From NCBI RefSeq assembly GCF_009914755.1, contig NC_060931.1: a stretch of DNA of 64,000 bases, one strand, 5' to 3'. Position 1 is the stretch's first letter. Every line of letters starts with the position of its first letter. Both the position numbers and the translations under genes were made by a program. The notes under the pieces are model-generated. The model was not told where the DNA came from and ran no database searches. It saw nothing but the letters and a program-made list of their open reading frames with translations. This document shows positions 59,232 through 64,000 of this stretch, in pieces. Origin of the DNA: the human T2T-CHM13v2.0 reference genome, Homo sapiens.

Positions 59232-62089
59232 CTTTGTGGTTTTATCTACTTTTGGTCTTTGATGATGGTGATGTACAGATGGGTTTTCGGTGTGGATGTC
59301 CTTTCTGTTTGTTAGTTTTCCTTCTAACAGACAGGACCCTCAGCTGCAGGTCTGTTGGAGTACCCTACAGTGTGAGGTGTCAGTGTGCTCCTGCTGGAGG
59401 GTGCCTCCCAGTTAGGCTGCTCGGGGGTCAGGGGTCAGGGACCCACTTGAGGAGGCAGTCTGCCCGTTCTCAGATCTCCAGCTGCGTACTGGGAGAACCA
59501 CTGCTCTCTTCCAAGCTGTCAGACAGGGACATTTAAGTCTGCAGAGGTTACTGCTGTCTTTTTGTTTGTCTGTGCCCTGCCCCCAGAGGTGGAGCCTACA
59601 GAGGCAGGCAGGCAGGCCTCCTTGAGCTGTGGTGGGCTCCACCCAGTTCGAGCTTCCCGGCTGCTTTGTTTACCTAAGCAAGCCTGGGCAATGGTGGGCG
59701 CCCCTCCCCCAGCCTCGCTGCTGCCTTGCAGTTTTATCTCAGACTGCTGTGCTAGCAATCAGCGAGACTCCGTGGGGTAGGACCCTCTGAGCCAGGTGAG
59801 GGATATAATCTCGTGGTGCGCCGTTTTTTAAGCCCGTCGGAAAGGCGCAGTATTCGGGTGGGAGTGACCCGATTTTCCCGATTTTCCAGGTGCCGTCTGT
59901 CACCCCTTTCTTTGATTAGGAAAGGGAACTCCCTGACCCCTTGCGCTTCCCGAGTGAGGCAATGCCTCGCCTTGCTTCGGTTTGCGCATGGTGCGCGCAC
60001 CCACTGACCTGCGCCCACTGTCTGGCACTCCCTAGTGAGATGAACCCGGTACCTCAGATGGAAATGCAGAAATCACCCGTCTTCTGCGTCGCTCAGGCTG
60101 GGAGCTGTAGACCAGAGCTGTTCCTATTCGGCCAACTTGGTTCCTCCCCCAACTCGGTGTACTATTATGGTATGAAATCCTCCTGATGAACCTGTGAGGT
60201 AGGTCTTTGATAAGCCTCATTTTACAGTGGAGAAAATGGGATCTTAGAGAGGTTGCGTGGCTGGTGAGAGAAGTCCTGCCTGCTTGGCCCTGGAGCTTAC
60301 GTATTATACACCACACTGTACTTCTCTTAGGCTTTTAGTCTATTTTAATTATTGTTGGTTGAGTGAATAAATGAATGCATGAATATATGTCAGAATAAAG
60401 AGCTTCTCAGGGGGGATATGAAAGAAAATGCCCTCTCTAAAAATAAAAGGACGGTTGATATCTCATTTGATTCCTAAAGAAGGAGAACAGCAGCTGGCCC
60501 TTGGCCCCTGACTGTCTGCTTTCGGAAGAGAAGGCAGAGACAACTGGAAGATGCCCTGGTTTACACCCCAGCTCTTTGCTCACCACTGTGTCCCAGAACC
60601 CAGCACAGTGCCTGGGACAAATCACAGGCTAAAAATATTTGATAATTAAATGAATGAATAAATTTGATGGTGTATATGATAGCAGCGATTGGTTTCTGGC
60701 ACCGATAAATAGCTCAATAATGTATTTGTGCCAGGGTTGGAAAGAGAAAAAATGCAGGAAGAGAGAGAAAAAAGAGAAAATGGCAGGAGTGCTCTTGACA
60801 GTGATGCTTGTGTAGAGCTGAGGGAACAGAATTAGCCAGGCAAATGCTTGGGGTTCCAGCTCCCCTAGTTGATCTACCCTTGCCCAAGCCCTGGCCCAGG
60901 GAGGACAAATGCTACCGTGTGCTCCTTGGAGCTTTAGAAAGGCCCACAGTAAGACAAATAAGTGATGTTTGGCCGGTTTATTCCTCTCTCCCTTCTTCCC
61001 TCACTCCGTGTCTTCCTTTCCTTCCATCTTCGTTTTAGTTTAGAAAATGTTCCATTTCGGAGTCCCATTCAAAAGCTATATATATAATTTCCAAGCCCAG
61101 AGTCATATTTGAATATCTGAATGATGGCATGTGACAAATCTCATTTTCTGTTTTGAAGAAAATTAACTTTAGAAAGGTTTCTTTCCTGTTTTATATTGGG
61201 GGTGGGGATCATTGGGGAACCCTCAAAAGACTTCTTACATGGCTGACAACTCTTGAAAAGATATATATTTTTTATTTTATCTTAATGAGCAGGACACATA
61301 TGGAGCCTATTTCCCATCCATTTCACATGGTTTTTCTAATGAATAAGTGTTTACATGCTTGGCAGAGTACCCTGGGCATTTGCTTGACCCCAAAATATTT
61401 GAAATATGATTTCAGTTGTTTGTCCAACCCTCCCTGTCCTAGTGAGTAATTGATAATTGATTTTTTTTTTCAGGGGCTTGGGAGGGCAAGAGTAGGTGTC
61501 ATAAGTAGCTTTGACCTTGAGAAGTCTGGAGGTCACGTGAGTTGACTTTGATTTTTATTATTGTTGTTAATTTTTACATGATGGCCAATTTGAAGTAGCA
61601 TATGTATCATTTCACCAAGATTTGATACTTTATAGCTCTGTCACTGTAACTATCTGAGCCTCAGTTTCCATTTTTGTAAAATGAATACCAAATGCTTATT
61701 CCACGGGGTTGTTTTATTGGATGAATAGCCAGTGCTGAGCACCAAACCTGATGTATAGGCTGTGGTCAGTGAACGTTTCCTTCTTCTCTCAGCTGTTCAA
61801 GCCCGTTCAGGCCTGGGATCAAGTGCACACAGTGCTCTCGTAGATTGAGAATGACCAAGCCAGCTGAGGATTTAAGAAACAGAGGGAAGATGGTGATGTA
61901 CATGTGCTCTGTGTGCACTCAGCACTTGTGAAATGCCTATTGAGCAATCAAATGACAGAATAGTGAACTAGATTAATGAAAAGGCAATAAAAAGAGAAAC
62001 TCAGCACTGTTCATACATCAAAATATCATTGTGTCCCTCAGTCCCACAACACCGGGTTGATATGAAAGCCCTTATCACAAGAATCTCTT

Positions 62090-62460
62090 GTACTGAAAAG
62101 ACCTGGGTTTGAATCCTGCCTCCACTACTTACAACTGTGAACTTTAGTAAGTACTTACCTCTCCAAGTCAGTTTGCTCACCTGTGAAATGTAGATAGCAT
62201 GCCATGACATTGTGGGAAGGGTCAGTGTTATATTCTCTCAGTGGAGGGCCCACAGTAGGTGTTCAGTAAATGCTACTTACTTTCTTTTCTCTTCCTCCTC
62301 CTCCTCCTCCTTGTCCTCCTCCCCTACCTTCTTTTCCTTCTTCTCCTTTCTCTCTAGTAAAATGGAAATAGTCGTAGCATCCTTACCTGTGGAGTTATTG
62401 TCAGGATTAAATGTAAAACATTTAGACTAGTGCCTCAAACACATTAAATGCTGCATTGGT
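62090..62460 (+). mobile_element. MIR fragments flanking a (TCC)n low-complexity tract (~62290-62345)
   Basis: AGACCTGGGTTTGAATCCTGCCTCCACTACTTAC...CTGTGAAATG; GTAAAATGGAAATA...AGGATTAAATG. Confidence 0.7.
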
Positions 62461-64000
62461 TGATGTTAACTTATTTTCATATGGCACTTCTATGATGGAG
62501 ACAAGGCAGGGCAAGTCTATATAAAAATCTTTTCTGATTTGTCTCTAGACAAGAAATCTAAATAAAAGGAAATAAATAGCTCATGTAACTTAGCTGCTTT
62601 TTTATTTTAGGGCATTTGATTTTTGGATTGTCTTTCTGGTGCATTTTAAAGTTGGTCAAATTAACTTGGAAATATTTAAATAAGCATTTAAATATTTTTA
62701 TGGAAAACATTTTCCATACTGCCCTGGCCAGACTCTTCATTCTAAGACTGATCCCAGATGCCACTGATATTTTCAGCTCAGAATAGTGGTTCCTTTATTT
62801 AAATGCATAGACTAAAACTTAAACATGAGGAGACACAAATGAAGAAAAGATGCCTGATGTCCACAGGGCATGACCTAGATGACTTCCACCCACAATGAGG
62901 AAGACTGAGCCATTGGTATGTGTGATTCCCTGTGTGTTTGGTGGTGTGGCTTTGCACAGCTGGCTCCCAGCCACGGCCACACAGACTCATTGCTGTTAGT
63001 GGGTATGATGAGAAGGAGGGTTGATCTGGAGTCCCTGGTTCTGTTTCTTCCAGGCTGTGTAATCTTGGACAAGTCAGTTGGGCTCAGTTTCCTCTCCTGA
63101 AATTGTTCTCAAAAATGCCCACCTCAGGGTCCTTTCTCAGTTATTTCAATGGAACAAATACAGGGAAGCACACAACAAGCTGTAAAGCATCTTAGAAGCG
63201 TGGGGCCTGTTTCCACGATGGTTAGTGTGGGAGTGGAGAAGCAGCTGGAAGCGCTGTTTGCTCTGTGGATTGCTTAGGTCTGTGCTTGGCCTCTGCTTTG
63301 TGTCCTCTTCTGGCTTCCATCCTGCTGGTGTGCTTCCAGAACTGCCTGCAGTTCCTCCCAGCAGCCACCTTCTTCCTTCTGCCAATGCGACTCTTCTCCT
63401 TCTGGGGTTCTTTGGCTGAGACTGGGCCAGTGAGCAGCTGAGACTGGAGATGGGTGAGAGCTGGAACATCTGCTGCTTCTTTTGGAAAGGGGTAAAGAAA
63501 AGGGTGAGAAATATTTGCAGTGACTCAGGGAAGGCTGAGGTGAGGCAGAGGAAGGTAGCAGGGACAGGATCCTAAGAAACTGAGACTTCCTCCATAGGAC
63601 CTAGGCAGGCATTGTGAAGGAAGAAAATGGGGAGGGAAATGTTTAGGGTAGTACTAAAAAAGGTCACACTTTTGTCTCATTCCTGCTCCAGAATCAATAC
63701 GAGTCACCTGGTGCCCTTATTCTCCTCTTTCCTTCATTCTTGTTTGACCTGGTTTTGTGGACCTTTATCAGCAAAGACTAGCAGTGTTCTCATGGTATTA
63801 CATGACATGGTTGAATGATAATCATTTTGGAGCTCTGTGTGTGTGTGACAGGGAGCATTCCTAGTACACACAGGCGTTGACTTTAAGACCAAAATCTGTA
63901 GGCCTTTACCCTGCATATCACACCAACTCAGACTCAACATCTCTAATCCACGCTCTCTAACTCCTTACCCACCCCACCACTCCAATCAAGCCAATACCTT

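Overview
Mammalian (almost certainly human) genomic DNA, not a microbial accessory region. The only host protein-coding sequence I can support is the terminal coding exon of BMPER (Crossveinless-2; C-terminal TIL domain, 6956-7137, + strand). It is preceded by about 7 kb of its last intron and followed by a 3'UTR with several poly(A)-signal clusters (8.3, 8.66, 9.72 and 10.24-10.28 kb). The remaining ~54 kb is intergenic and dominated by transposable elements. These include two full-length, co-oriented (minus-strand) L1PA2-type LINE-1s about 30.7 kb apart, each with its own target-site duplication (TSD); an AluYa5 lying tail-to-tail with an older Alu; a full-length Hsmar1; a complete MaLR provirus with a 5-bp TSD; and many older fragments (THE1/MST/MLT1/LTR16/LTR33, MER2/MER58/Tigger3, MIR, L2). 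Most ORF-track entries are chance ORFs or TE-derived. I found no convincing new biological 'system'. The most interesting observation is that the two L1s share many apparently private substitutions, yet differ at sites that separate younger from older L1PA lineages. This suggests recurrent inter-locus gene conversion between them. All subfamily assignments come from remembered consensus sequences, not computed alignments.
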